NCBI GenBank assembly: GCA_963806535.1 | Contig: CAWDYC010000002.1 | Location: forward strand, 1-48,348 | From: Candidatus Bathyarchaeota archaeon | GTDB lineage: Archaea; Thermoproteota; Bathyarchaeia; Bathyarchaeales; Bathycorpusculaceae | DNA: 48,348 bases | Direction: 5' to 3' | Shown here: positions 1-11,680 of the stretch, piece after piece | How the letters are laid out: each line of letters starts with the position of its first letter | How positions within the stretch are numbered: the stretch's first letter is position 1 | Program-made: the position numbers and the translations under genes | The notes under the pieces: generated by a model | Database searches by the model: none | Told to the model about the DNA's origin: nothing | The model's input: the letters and a program-made list of their open reading frames with translations, nothing else

Positions 1-1383
1 ACGGAACAACAACTGCAGTGATTTTGGCAGGCGAATTACTTTCAAAAGCTGAAAGTTTGGTTGACAAAAACGTTCATCCAACCGTTATAATTGAAGGTTT
101 TAAGAAAGCAAGTGAGAAAGCTCAGGAAATTTTAGATAAAATCGCAATTCCCATTTCAATTGATGATGACAAAACTCTAAGGGATATAGCAATCACATCC
201 CTATCTAGCAAAGGCATTAACGTTGCAGAAGATCACTTCGCAAAAATCATCGTTGAAGCAGTCAAACAAGTAACAGAAAAAATAGATGGCAAATACGTAG
301 CAGACATTGACCTAATAAAAGTCGTTAAGAAACATGGAAAAAGCCTAGATGAAACAGAACTTGTCAAAGGCATGGTTATCGACAAAGAAATTGCAAGCTC
401 ACAAATGCCAAAAATCATTGAAGGCGCCAAAATCGTTCTGTTGAATGCAAAGATGGAAATTGAAAAGACAGAGTTTGACGCTAAAATAAACATTGAAAGT
501 CCAAATCAAATGCAACTTTTCCTCGACGAAGAGGAACGCATGCTCAAAGAAATGGTTACTTCAGTTACAAAAGCAGGCGCCAACGTTGTCTTCTGCGAAA
601 AAGGCATAGATGACATGGCACTGCATTTTCTAGGCAAAGCTGGAGTTCTTAGCCGTTAAAAGCGTAAGCAGCAGCGACATAGAAAAACTGTCCAAAGCTA
701 CAGGCGCCCAAATAGTTGCAAACGTAAAAGACATTAGAGCTGACGTTCTTGGCAAAGCTAAACGTGTTGAAGAAGTAAAAATCGGCGACGACAAACTTCT
801 ATATGTTCGAGAAGCCAAAAATCCAAAAGCCGTAACCATCGTCATCAGAGGCGCATCCAACCAAGTTATCGATGAAGCAGAACGCTCACTACACGACGGC
901 TTATGCGTTGTACGCAATGCAATTGAAGACGGCAAAATCGTTGCAGGCGGCGGCGCACCAGAAGCAGAACTAGCCAAAAACCTACGCGCTTATGCAGTTA
1001 AAGTTGGTGGACGAGAGCAACTCGCAGTAGAAGCATATGCAGATGCAATTGAAGCAATCCCACTTACATTAGCCGAGAATGCAGGCTTAGATCCCATAGA
1101 CATCATGGTAGCACTCCGAGCGCAACATGAGAAACCAGACAGCCAATACTTCGGAATAGAAGTCTCAACAGGAAAAATCAAAAACATGAAAGACCTACTA
1201 GTCCTTGAGCCACTGCGCGTGAAGCAACAAGTAATAAAATCAGCCACAGAAGCAGCAAACATGATATTGAAAATCGACGACTTAATCAGCGTCAAAGGCG
1301 GCGGCAAAATGCCCCCAATGCCTCCTGGAGGAATGGGCGGTATGGGTGGAATGGGTGGAATGGGCGGCGGAATGCCCTACTAA
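1..1383 (+). CDS. ths: Thermosome (group II chaperonin) subunit, 5'-partial, one frameshift near 650
   Basis: GTTTAVILAGELL at the window start, HPTVIIEGF, FCEKGIDD, IVAGGGAPE, LAENAGLDP and a C-terminal GGM-repeat tail; the frame changes at about 648-655. Confidence 0.95.
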
Positions 1384-1392
1384 AAACCCAAA

Positions 1393-1415
1393 CTTTTCTT
1401 CTTTTTTCATTTTTT
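1393..1415 (+). terminator. Oligo-T archaeal terminator after the thermosome gene
   Basis: CTTTTCTTCTTTTTTCATTTTTT directly after the stop codon. Confidence 0.55.
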
Positions 1416-1509
1416 AAAAAAGACTTTTGCGTGGCTTTTGTTTTAGTCATTTTTAAGTAAACTTATTATTCAAATGCCTAGACATTATTCGGTATCTTGG
1501 AGACCTGCT

Positions 1510-2235
1510 ATGAAGCATGTTAAGATTAATGCGTTCGATTGCCCTGACGCTTGGTTCAAAACTTTAAACCAAATTTGGAAAGAGGGCGAAAACTTCAATG
1601 TAGGTTACGGTTCTGAAGTAACTGAAACCAAGAAACTCAACTTATCAATCGAAATTACAAGTCCAGAGAATCGACCGCTTGTCGCTGATAAGGCACCTTG
1701 CGACATGAAGTATGTTCAGTGGTATGCATTGACGTACTTGTGGTGCGGAGAAGGAAAACAAGATGAAACTTACACTTATGGTAGCAGGCTAAGGGAACCT
1801 GTGGACCAGGTTGAAGAAGCAATCCAGCGTTACGTAAAAGAGCAAAATGATCGACAAATAACAATGGTGGTAAGACTGCCTGAAGACATCAAACTGTTTC
1901 GTCCAGGCACTACTGAGCGTCATGAACCGCCCTGCCTAAGCCTCATTGACACAGAAATCCTTGACGGCAAAATGCATTTAACATGCTATTTCCGTTCATG
2001 GGATGCTTATGCTGGTTTGCCAGCCAACATTGCAGGTTTGCAGATGTTTAATGAGGCTTTTGTTTCTGAAATTAACGAGCGAGCAAATCTCGGTTTGAAA
2101 ACAGGCAAACTGATTTTTCACTCCAAAAACTGCCACATTTACAAACGCCAATTTAACTTAGTTAATGAACTCTTAGAGCCCAAGGACAAAGCCAGTAGAA
2201 TGGCAATGGGCATGCAAGAAGCCAAAAAAGAGTAA
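1510..2235 (+). CDS. thyA: Archaeal thymidylate synthase (ThyA family)
   Basis: YTYGSRL, catalytic PPC, YFRSWDAYAGLPAN (Asn typical of dUMP specificity), HIY; likely start is ATG 1510. Confidence 0.8.
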   Translation: MKHVKINAFDCPDAWFKTLNQIWKEGENFNVGYGSEVTETKKLNLSIEITSPENRPLVADKAPCDMKYVQWYALTYLWCGEGKQDETYTYGSRLREPVDQVEEAIQRYVKEQNDRQITMVVRLPEDIKLFRPGTTERHEPPCLSLIDTEILDGKMHLTCYFRSWDAYAGLPANIAGLQMFNEAFVSEINERANLGLKTGKLIFHSKNCHIYKRQFNLVNELLEPKDKASRMAMGMQEAKKE

Positions 2236-2285
2236 TCGGCGAGTAATTTTGAGTGACAGACTAGCGACAAATTGCCTGTTTATTC

Positions 2286-3677
2286 CTATTGGATAACCTG
2301 AGACAATTTTTTTGTTGGGTAACCAAGGTTTGTCCAAGCGGTCATGCCGCCAAGAACATTGCTTACATCGGTTAAGCCTTCTCTTTCCAGTATGCTTACG
2401 GCGGTGCTGGAGCGGTTGCCAACCGAGCATGTAACCGCAATCGGCTTGTCCTTTTGGCAAAGAACCAATTTTGTCTGGTAAGTCAGCGAAATGAATACAT
2501 TTTGCACCTTCTACAATCCCGTCTTCTTTCCATTCATTTGGTTCCCGAACATCCAAAAGCAAAACTTCACCTTTCTCGAGTTTGCTTTTGAGCTCAAGAA
2601 CCGACATTGTGCCTACGCTGTTTATGGGTTTGCCTGCTTCTTGCCACTCATTCATGCCGCCGCAGAGGTAGCCGCACATGTTATCAAAACCCAATCGGCG
2701 CAGTCTAGGCGCTACAATGTCGATGTCGCTGGGGCGTTCAAGGACAAAAACGATGTATTGGTTGGTGTCAAGTAGCCAGCCTGGGTAAACGCTGGTTCCG
2801 CCAAGCCACATGCTCAAGGAATTCGGAATATGTGAGCCAGCATATGCATAGGGCAACCGTGTATCCATCACCATAACGATGGGTTCTTGCATTTCCTCTT
2901 CAAACTCTTCAAGAGAAAACGGCTTAGGATAAGACAGCTCGCTAAGCAAAGGCGGACCATTGAGGTTGTACTCTTCCATCTTTCGGAAGTACCGAGGCAC
3001 AACCAACTCTTCACTAACCACTTTTTGAATAAAATCTTCCTTGCTCAATTGCAGGTATGGGTTTGTTTTCTTCTCGTATCCCAATGGTGGTTGGCTCCTG
3101 TCCGCTTATGCCGTGTCCGCAAACGCTTCCAGCACCATGCGCAGGGTAAACAAGAACATGATCGCCAAGAGGCAACAGTTTCTCGTGTAGGCTATTGTAG
3201 AGTTTTTCAGCTTGTGCTGGCTGGGCTGTTTTGCCGTAAAGATCTGTTCTTCCAACTGAACCCGCGAAGAGTGTGTCGCCGCTGAAAACCATCGATGCCA
3301 CTTCGCTTCCAGACGGATAGACAACGTAGCATAATGATTCGTTCGTGTGCCCAGGAGTATAGAAAACTTTGATTTTGGTGTTGCCAACAGTTTAAGATGT
3401 CGCCGTCGGCCAAGTTATGCTCTCCATACTTGAAAGGCAAAGCGTTGCTGTGGCCGATTTCTGCTTCAGTCATGTTTTGCAGTTCAAGCGAGCCGACCAC
3501 ATAGTCTTCGTTTCTGTGGGTTTCAAGAATGTACTTGATTTTTGTGCATTCTTTTTTGGCTAGTTGAGTGTAGATTTCGCAGTCGCGGCGCGGGTCAATG
3601 ACAACTGCTTCTTGCTCGTCTGATAAGTAGTAGCTGTTGTGGGCTAAGCCTTCTGACTTGATGATTTCAAGTTTCAT
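2286..3677 (-). CDS. MBL-fold hydrolase with two rhodanese domains (persulfide dioxygenase-rhodanese type), about 3 frameshifts
   Basis: Pieces in successive frames: LAHNSYY..VIDPRRD..ETHRNEDY; FSGDTLFAGSVGRTDL..YPAHGAGSVCG; DTRLPYAYAGSHIP; LLDVREPNEW; TCSVGNRS..VLGGMTAW. Confidence 0.85.
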
Positions 3678-3694
3678 TTTATTCACCTAAGAGT

Positions 3695-4160
3695 TTATGC
3701 TTGCCAATCTAACAGGCGCTTCTCACCCTGAAGCTTCTGAATATCTGTAATATCTTGCACAACTTCCATTGTTCCCAAATATTTGCCCATTGGATCTCTT
3801 ACGGCAAAGAACCTAATGTGTACCATGCGGTTGCTCATGTTTATCCAGAATTCAGCAAGGTTCTTTTTTCCAGATTTGAAGGATTCCACTATTTTGGTTA
3901 CGGTGTCAAGGCTTTTGGCTGGGTGGCAATTCTGCACTTTTCTGCCAATTATGGCTTTTGTACGTACGAAAATGATTTTTTCAGGTTTGTTGAAATATCT
4001 TACAGTGTCGTTTTCGTCGATAAATGTGATTTCAACGGGCAGCGTGTTTAGTAAGCTGTCAAGTTGTGTTTTTGATTAGGGTTCCGTTTTCAAACTGCAT
4101 AATGCCTGTTGGCGCGGGTACTTCACTCTGGTCTTTTTTATTCTTCAGACAAAAATAGCA
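3695..4160 (-). CDS. PAS-domain protein (PAS_10/DUF438-like), start approximate, frameshift near 4080
   Basis: Manual translation LLNTLPVEITFIDENDTVRYFNKPEKIIFVRTKAIIGRKVQNCHP...YLGTMEVVQDIT. Confidence 0.75.
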
Positions 4161-4255
4161 TCTTCCTACAAAATAACAGCAAAGAATAGTGATTTATTCC
4201 TTTCCAAAACCAAATTTTATAGCCATCAGTTTAACTATATATTCAGGGAAAAAAC

Positions 4256-4767
4256 ATGAGCCACACTGCAACTTGGAAAATCCTTGAAGACCTGATGATA
4301 GAGCTTAAGAAAAAAGGGGTCACAATACCACCGAACGTTATCAATGATTTAAGAAGCGCCAAACTTATGATTAAAATTTCAGAATCAGCCGGCAGCACAG
4401 GCGATATATCCCAGAAAGTAGAAGAGTACCTTGGAAATGTTGAATCATACCTTATCAATGAAGCCCAAAAAACACTTGGCTCCGAAATCGTTGATCAGTG
4501 GCTTAGGCGTTTAGAAGACGCGACAGCCGAAACCAGTGAAGAAAAAACAGAAGAAAACAAATTCATCACAAATGTTCCCAGAGACCAAAAATGGGTTCGA
4601 GTAGAACCAATCAGCAATCTGCCGACAGAGCGAATACAACAAATCGCCAAAGAAAGCAGTCTCTCGGTCAACCCTCAAAAGGACGGTCGACTTAGTAGTT
4701 TACGGTCAACCCGAAGGCTATCAAAGAATTTCTCAAAAAAATGACTGCTGAAGCAAACAAAAAATAG
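4256..4767 (+). CDS. DUF2096-like archaeal hypothetical protein, frameshifted near its 3' end
   Basis: WKILEDLMIELKKKG...VESYLI...WLRRL pattern; an alternative frame ends IKEFLKKMTAEANKK* at 4767. Confidence 0.6.
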
Positions 4768-4914
4768 ATCAATTATCAATCACACTAATTATGCTTGGCT
4801 GAAATTAATTTTGGATCTCTTTTCTCAAAAAAAGTAACATTTAATTAGAAAATCAATTATAAGTATGTTTCATCATAAAATTATGATACTATAAATAGTG
4901 ATAAATTATGAAAT

Positions 4915-5154
4915 TTGCTGAAATTGCTATGCTTACTAAGGGAAATCGTTGACAGGTGCCCAAGCCTAGACGGAGCCACTATCACGTTGATTCCGCAGAA
5001 AGCGATGTATCCACTCTACAAGGGATACCACATTAACATTAAAGCAAACATTACAAAGGAAAGCATGAGTTCCCTACGAAAAATAGTTGAAGGGCACGAC
5101 TTAGTTATGCAGATAAAAGTTGATTCAGTCATAGTTTACGAGACCAGATCATAA
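4915..5154 (+). CDS. Small hypothetical protein
   Basis: 79-aa ORF filling an intergenic gap, followed by a T-run; no recognisable motif. Confidence 0.4.
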   Translation: MLKLLCLLREIVDRCPSLDGATITLIPQKAMYPLYKGYHINIKANITKESMSSLRKIVEGHDLVMQIKVDSVIVYETRS

Positions 5155-5215
5155 GCACTTTTTTTGTTTCGATATGTTTTTTACGATAAGTCGCTAGTGC
5201 AGTACTGGGACCATT

Positions 5216-6458
5216 TTGGTGAAACTAAAGGGATTCCAAAAACTAACTTTAACTGACAAAGCACTGGAAATGTGGCTTAACGCATTGCAAATTGGAGCGC
5301 CAAAAGTTGAAGTGGTTTCTTTGCAGGATGCGTTAGGTCGTGTTTTAGCTGAAGATTTAGTTGCTCAGGAGGCTTTGCCAAGATTTGATAAATCAGCCAT
5401 GGATGGGTATGCCTTAAACTCCGCTGATTCAACTGGTGCTTCACAGTTTAAACCAGCGACTTTTCAATTAACCGAAAACCAAGAATTAACCAGCAAACAA
5501 GCTAAGCAAGTTTGGACTGGAAACCCCATCCCCAAAGGCGCAAACGCTGTGGTCATGATTGAAAACACCAAAATGCAGGAGGGGAAACTGGAAGTTTGGA
5601 GTCAACTTGCGCCAGGCGAAAATGTTTCTAAAATAGGCGAGGATGTAAAAAAAGGCTTCATCGTTGCAAAGGCTGGCATTCGAATTAATCCATACCACAT
5701 TGGATTGGCTGCTGCATTAGGTTATAGCCAATTAAAAGTTGCTGAGAAACCAAAAATCGGCATTTTAGCTACTGGAAATGAGCTTGCAGAAGTGGGCACT
5801 GAACTTTCTGGAAACCTCATTTATGATTCAAACAAAATTATGATTTCAGCTGAGTGCAGAGAACTTGGTGCAGAAATATCAGACTTCGGCATAGCCAAAG
5901 ATAACGTAGATGAAATCGCTGCTAAAATCAAAAAAGCCTTGGAAACTCAGGATGCAGTAATCACCACTGGCGGGACAAGCGTTGGAGGATTAGATTTGGT
6001 GCCTGACGCAGTTAACAAGCTTGGGAAACCCGGCGTAATTGTTCATGGTGTCGCGCTGAGACCAGCAATGCCGACAGGAGTCGCCATCTTGGAAGGCAAA
6101 CCTGTTTTGATTTTATCAGGTAACCCTGTAGCTTCAGTAATTGGTTTTGAAGTGTTCGGCAGACCGATGATTTGCAGAATGCTTGGGATGAGCAAAACAG
6201 AACCAAGACCAATGCTTGAAAGCGGTTTTGGCAAGAAAGGTTGCTAGTGTTCTTGGAAGAAAAACCTATGTCAGAGTCAGAGTAACCCTGAAGGATGGGG
6301 AGTTTTATGCTGAGCCAGTTAGCGCAAAAGGTTCAGGATCAATATCTACCATGACTCAGAGCAACGGGTTTGTGATTGTTCCTGAAAATCGGGAAGGCGT
6401 AACTGAAGGCGAAACGGTGATTGTTCACATGTTTGGCGGTGTGGAGGTTGAATCCTAA
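5216..6458 (+). CDS. moeA: Molybdopterin molybdotransferase MoeA (paralog 1), frameshift near 6215-6230
   Basis: ALGRVLAED, PRFDKSAMDGYA, TGNEL, DSN, TTGGTSVG, LSGNPVA; C-terminal SGSISTMTQSNG in the next frame. Confidence 0.93.
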
Positions 6459-7708
6459 GTGTTTAGGAAGCTTATGACGTTTGATGAAGCACAAAAAGCA
6501 ATTGGAGACCAATTTAAACCTGTATTTTTAGGTGAAGAAGAAACTGTGCTGCTTGAAGCTTACAATCGTGTACTCAACGAAGACATAGTTTCAACGCTTG
6601 ATATTCCGCCGTTTAACCGTTCAACCGTTGATGGCTACGCTGTAAAAGCCGAGGACACCTTTGGAGCAGACGAAAACCAACCTGCAATTTTGAAGGTTTC
6701 TGGAACCGTAAATATCGGCGAGCAACCAAAAGTGGTTTTAGCTAAGGGTGAAGCCGTTGAAATTGTAACTGGCGCGCCGATTCCTGAAGGTGCAGATGCA
6801 GCAGTAATGGTTGAAGACACCGAAAGAGAAGGCGACGAACTACGTGTCTTTAGCGGGGTCAACGTGAATGAAAATGTTATGAAGAAAGGCTCTGACCTGA
6901 AGAAAGGCGCTTTAGTGCTGAAAAAAGGGCAAGTTTTAGGCTCTCCAGAGATCGGTGTTTTAGCGGCTTTAGGCTTAACTAAGGTTAAAGTCCTAAAAAT
7001 CCCGATAATAGCGGTTTTGTCTACAGGCGGTGAAGTAACTGAGCCTGGAAAGCCTTTGCCTGCAGGAAAAATCTATGACATAAACGCCTACAGCCTAAGC
7101 ACAGCCGTAATTGAAAGCGGCGGCAAACCTGTTTACTTCGGCGTTGTTCCTGACGATAAAACGGCTTTATCGAAGGCTATGCAGACTGCTTTGGCTTCAT
7201 CAGATATGGTGATTACTTCCGGAGGCGTCTCCGTTGGTCCACGATGACTACACACCGCAAATTGTTGATTCACTGGGAAAGCCTGGAATAATTGTTTATG
7301 GCATTTCAGTTAAACCTGGCAAACCCACAACCGTTGGGTTTGTTGGAAATAAACCGATTTTTTCGCTACCTGGTCACCCTACATCTGCATTGCTAATATT
7401 TTATTTGCTTGCTAGGCCACTGATTCAGCGGTTAGCTGGCAGACCAGTAGTTCCAATGAAGATGATTAGGGCTTTTGCTGGGTCACGGATGTTTAGTGCT
7501 AAAGGCAGACGAACATTTGTGATGGTTAAATTAGAATTCGATAAAGAATGCCGATTGATTGCTGAACCTGTGGAAACGGGCGCTTCTGGAGCAATCACTA
7601 CTTTAGCTAAGGCTGATGGATTTGTCGAGATACCTGAAAATGAACAATTTGTCGACTGTAAATACAGAGGTTGCAGTGGTGCTTTTCCGGAGTTCTGGTA
7701 AAGTTTAA
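6459..7708 (+). CDS. moeA: Molybdopterin molybdotransferase MoeA (paralog 2), frameshifts near 7243 and 7657
   Basis: PPFNRSTVDGYAV, TGAPIPEGADA, SGGVSVG, VKPGKPT, LPGHPTSA, SGAITTLAKADGF. Confidence 0.93.
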
Positions 7709-8057
7709 GGTCGTTTTTCTTCTCAGCAAGATGTAAACGCCGAACAGCCATGTAAGCACTGCGTAAGCAATCATGCCTGCGCCTAAGAGTGCATTGCTGA
7801 ATCCTGCCACAAATATAGTATAAAGCGAAAAGGCTGAAGCAGCAACAAATAAGACGAATAATAACCACGGAGCCCAACCTCTTTTTGTAAAGAGACCGTA
7901 AGCTACGATTAAACTTAAAATGCCAAGTAAACCTAGTTGAGGTGCAAAATTGGTTAGAGGCAAAAATACAAAAAAGATTATTCCAGTGACTGCATAGAAA
8001 AGTAATGATGCTAATTCTATTCGCTTGAAGCTTTTTAGTCGTAGTTGCTAAGGTCAC
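7704..8057 (-). CDS. Small multi-TM membrane protein, frameshifted, boundaries approximate
   Basis: Hydrophobic helices LGLLGILSLIVAYGLF, WLLFVLFVAASAFSLY, LGAGMIAYAVLTWLFGVY. Confidence 0.55.
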
Positions 8058-8175
8058 TAATGTTCGCCTTTACCCTATGCAGTATAAGATTCACTAATAA
8101 ATTTAATGCATCCGCTTGAGCGAAAGAGTTTAGAGCATCATAAACGAAATACCAGCAAGGGATTGAAAATACCTA

Positions 8176-9081
8176 ATGAGCTACGTTGACTTGTTCACTT
8201 CTCAAACAAACGTTTTCAGCGGCATCCAAAAATCGTTTGAAGAATCAAAATACATTATTTTCGGCGTGCCTTTTGACGGAACAAGCAGTTATCGGACAGG
8301 AGCAAGGTTTGGTCCTAACGCAATTCGGCAAGCATCTCTAAATATTGAAACCTATAGTTTTCGAAGCGGAATTGACATTGAAGATTTAGCAATCTATGAT
8401 GCCGGAGACCTGCATGTCTCACCTGACGCCGCTAAAACAATTGACATGACCCGATTCGTAGTTGAAGATATTTTAGCCGCTGGCAAAATTCCTGTGGTTC
8501 TAGGGGGAGAGCATACCATTACTCTTGGGGTTGCAAAGAGTTTAGGAGCCAAAGCCTCAAAGACTGCGATAGTAAGTTTTGATGCTCATTTAGATTTGCG
8601 ATGTGAATTTTTAGGTTCAACATTGTCTCATACGACATTTATGCAGTTAATAAATGAAGAAGTTAAGCCTGCGAAAATAATTGAAGTTGGTACCCGCTCA
8701 GTTTGCAAAGAAGAATTGGCTTACGCAAAGAAGGCAGGCGTAGAATTTTTTACTTCCCAACAAATTATCAAAAAAGGCTCGGAACAAATTGCTGAACAGC
8801 TAAAAGAGAAGCTTGCATGCTATGACAATTTGTATTTAACTGTGGATATGGATGTGTTGGATCCAGCATATGCTCCTGCAGTCCAAAATCCTGAACCAGA
8901 AGGAATAACCACAACAGCTTTGTTGGATCTCGTTCTAGCTCAATGCCGAGGACGTGTTATCGGCTTTGATGTGTGTGAAATTGCGCCTATTTATGATCAG
9001 GGCGTTTCATCAGTTGTGGCGGCTAAAGTGATATTTGAAATGCTTTGTCAACTGGAAAAATCAGGAATAAAATTAAGATAG
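8176..9081 (+). CDS. speB: Agmatinase (ureohydrolase family)
   Basis: GVPFDGTSSYRTGARFGP, GGEHTIT, DAHLDL, DMDVLDPAYAP. Confidence 0.93.
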   Translation: MSYVDLFTSQTNVFSGIQKSFEESKYIIFGVPFDGTSSYRTGARFGPNAIRQASLNIETYSFRSGIDIEDLAIYDAGDLHVSPDAAKTIDMTRFVVEDILAAGKIPVVLGGEHTITLGVAKSLGAKASKTAIVSFDAHLDLRCEFLGSTLSHTTFMQLINEEVKPAKIIEVGTRSVCKEELAYAKKAGVEFFTSQQIIKKGSEQIAEQLKEKLACYDNLYLTVDMDVLDPAYAPAVQNPEPEGITTTALLDLVLAQCRGRVIGFDVCEIAPIYDQGVSSVVAAKVIFEMLCQLEKSGIKLR

Positions 9082-9338
9082 GCAACTGCGAACATCCATG
9101 TGCGAAGCTATCAGTGAAACTCGAAATTACGTAAAATTTGGTTTCGTCGCGTTTTAAAATGAGGTTCAAACCTGAAAAACCGTTTTGTAAAAGTTTATTT
9201 TTCCTCATTTTTTATTAAAAAAAGTTTTGGCCTGTTAGCCATAAGCACCAAGGGATCTTAGTTCATTTTGGAAAGCCATAAATAAACGTTGAATGTGTAT
9301 AAATTAAGAAAAGTAACTTAGGACATAATTAACTATCT

Positions 9339-11663
9339 GTGAGATGGCTTAAAGTGGGGGAAGGAATTAAAGATAAACTTAGTAACCGTTTCGGGCTTTT
9401 CAGTAGATTACGTATTCAGGTAAGCCACGGTCAAATAATTGCTATGTCTGCTTTGGCGATAATACTTTTAATTGCGTTTGTAATACGCATTTTACCTTTA
9501 CGCTGGGAAAATCTTTCAGCAGGAACAGCTCTCCTTAACGAATTTGACCCATACTATCAATTTGGGATCACCCAACATATGGTTACTAACGGTTTGCTTT
9601 CACCATACCTTGGAAGTGGATGGGTCAACATGCAACTGTGGTATCCTTACGGATACAACATGGCTACTTCTTTGCCGTCAACTCCCATGACAGGCGCGGT
9701 TCTTTATGACATATTCAAGCTGTTTGGTGCAAACATTGATTTGATGACGTTTTGCTCATTGATTCCGCCCTTCATAGGTGTTCTTTCATGTTTAGTAATT
9801 TACTTCTTGGGTAAGGACATTGGGGGAAAAACAGTTGGTTTGTTTGCTGCTTTATTCTTGGCGCTTGAACCGTCAATTGTGCAAAGAACTTCTCTTGGAT
9901 TCTTTGACACCCAAGTTGCAGGAACATTAGGTCTTGTTCTTTTCATCTTTCTGTTTCTAAGAGCAATTGACAACAATAGGTCAATTCGTGCTTCAGTACT
10001 ATACTCATTAAGCGCTGGTGCTGCATTAGCCTATTTCATTGGAGGCTGGGGTGGCGCATACTACATACTTGGCTTAAGCGTATTGTTTACCTTTGTACTG
10101 ATTCTAATGAAAAGATATAGCCAGAGGCTACTGCTCAGTTACAGTATAACTTTTGGTTTAGGGTTGTTTATTGCAACAAAAATCCCCTACATTTCTCTTA
10201 GCTACTTAACTACATACGCGGTACTTCCAATTGCCGCAGGATTCCTGCTGCTACTTGTTTCAGAAGCTTTACGCCAGAACATATCTGCAAAAACCAAAAT
10301 AACACTCGCAGTTTCAGCAATGGCTGTAATTGTTGGAGGAGCAATTGTTCTTTACGCAACTGGATATCTTGGCAGAATCGCAGGAAAATTCGACACAGTT
10401 CTCGACCCGTTCATAAGGGCGACAGCACCCATAATTAGTTCCGTAGCAGAACAGCAAATTTCAGCTTGGGGAAACATCTACATTGAACTCGGGATCGGCA
10501 TATTGTTCTTCCTTGTAGGCTTATACCTAATAATTAGGAACCCAACCAACAAGAATGTTTTCCTCGTTATCTTTGGCATAACATCACTTTACTTCGCGGC
10601 TTCAATGGTGCGTTTACTCGCGATTTTTGCACCTGCCTTCGCTATTGTAGCAGGAATCGGCATTTTAGGCATATTAAAGCCTTTTTACACTTTGCTAAAA
10701 GAAAGTCCTCGTAGCATTGCAAAAACAAAACGTAAACTAGCACGAGTGAGCAAGGAATACAGCGGGGTAGCAATATTCTTGATATTCATGTTATTGGTTT
10801 CAAGCTTAGCATTCTCACCACAAACTGGTGGGTTGCCAAGGGCAGTTAATCAAGCTTTTACACCAACAGCAATTAGCGCATCAAGCCTTCCAATAGGCGG
10901 TGCAAGCTTAACAACAAATGTAGATGCATGGATTAACACGCTTAAGTGGGTACAAACCCATGTTCCCTCAAATAACGTAGTAGTTTCTTGGTGGGACTAT
11001 GGCTTCTGGCTGTCGTACCTTGGAAATTGCACAACATTAAACGATAATACAACGGAAAACACTACTCAAATTGAAAACGTAGGATTCACCTTTATGGCCA
11101 ATGAAACCCAAGCAATGCAGATGCTAAGCACCTACAACAACAAAGACAACCCTGGACGCGTCAATTACCTCTTAGTCTTCACTGTCCTGCAGATAAGTCA
11201 ACAAAGCAGCGGCTCCTACGTCGCAATCCCAGCAGGATACGGCGATGAAGGAAAATTTGTATGGATGGCAAGAATTTCAGGCGAAGCTAAAAATAGACTA
11301 ATAAATGAAGGCTTCATGAACCCCTCAACAGCATGGACCGATGAAAAAACATTTGGCGAAACTAATAATCAAACAGGAAGATGGCAATGGAACGATCAAG
11401 GATTAAACTGTACACTTGAGGAACTAATGAATTTCGCAGAAGTGTCGTATACCAACCATTGGACCAGCCAAGGCGTCACCATAACACCTGATACCACGGC
11501 AACACAGCCAACCTACTTTAAATTAGCTGACCTCGGAGGCTTAGACACATCACCAGGCCAATACGGAGGAATAGTACCCCTAGTAGCTATCTACTCAATT
11601 GACTGGAACGCATACTACGCAGCCACAAACACAACAGGAACAGGACAAACTCCAACTCCATAA
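9339..11663 (+). CDS. aglB: Oligosaccharyltransferase AglB (STT3 family)
   Basis: EFDPYY, multi-TM N-region, SSVAEQ, SWWDYG motif, GYGDEGKFVWM. Confidence 0.95.
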   Translation: MRWLKVGEGIKDKLSNRFGLFSRLRIQVSHGQIIAMSALAIILLIAFVIRILPLRWENLSAGTALLNEFDPYYQFGITQHMVTNGLLSPYLGSGWVNMQLWYPYGYNMATSLPSTPMTGAVLYDIFKLFGANIDLMTFCSLIPPFIGVLSCLVIYFLGKDIGGKTVGLFAALFLALEPSIVQRTSLGFFDTQVAGTLGLVLFIFLFLRAIDNNRSIRASVLYSLSAGAALAYFIGGWGGAYYILGLSVLFTFVLILMKRYSQRLLLSYSITFGLGLFIATKIPYISLSYLTTYAVLPIAAGFLLLLVSEALRQNISAKTKITLAVSAMAVIVGGAIVLYATGYLGRIAGKFDTVLDPFIRATAPIISSVAEQQISAWGNIYIELGIGILFFLVGLYLIIRNPTNKNVFLVIFGITSLYFAASMVRLLAIFAPAFAIVAGIGILGILKPFYTLLKESPRSIAKTKRKLARVSKEYSGVAIFLIFMLLVSSLAFSPQTGGLPRAVNQAFTPTAISASSLPIGGASLTTNVDAWINTLKWVQTHVPSNNVVVSWWDYGFWLSYLGNCTTLNDNTTENTTQIENVGFTFMANETQAMQMLSTYNNKDNPGRVNYLLVFTVLQISQQSSGSYVAIPAGYGDEGKFVWMARISGEAKNRLINEGFMNPSTAWTDEKTFGETNNQTGRWQWNDQGLNCTLEELMNFAEVSYTNHWTSQGVTITPDTTATQPTYFKLADLGGLDTSPGQYGGIVPLVAIYSIDWNAYYAATNTTGTGQTPTP

Positions 11664-11680
11664 AACAAGGAAGCGACCCA

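Noticed and set aside
1327-1375. GGAATGGGY tandem repeat
   Set aside because: It encodes the well-known GGM tail of chaperonins.
7235-7260. In-frame TGA in moeA2 as possible selenocysteine
   Set aside because: Homology continues in a different frame, so this is an indel and not readthrough.
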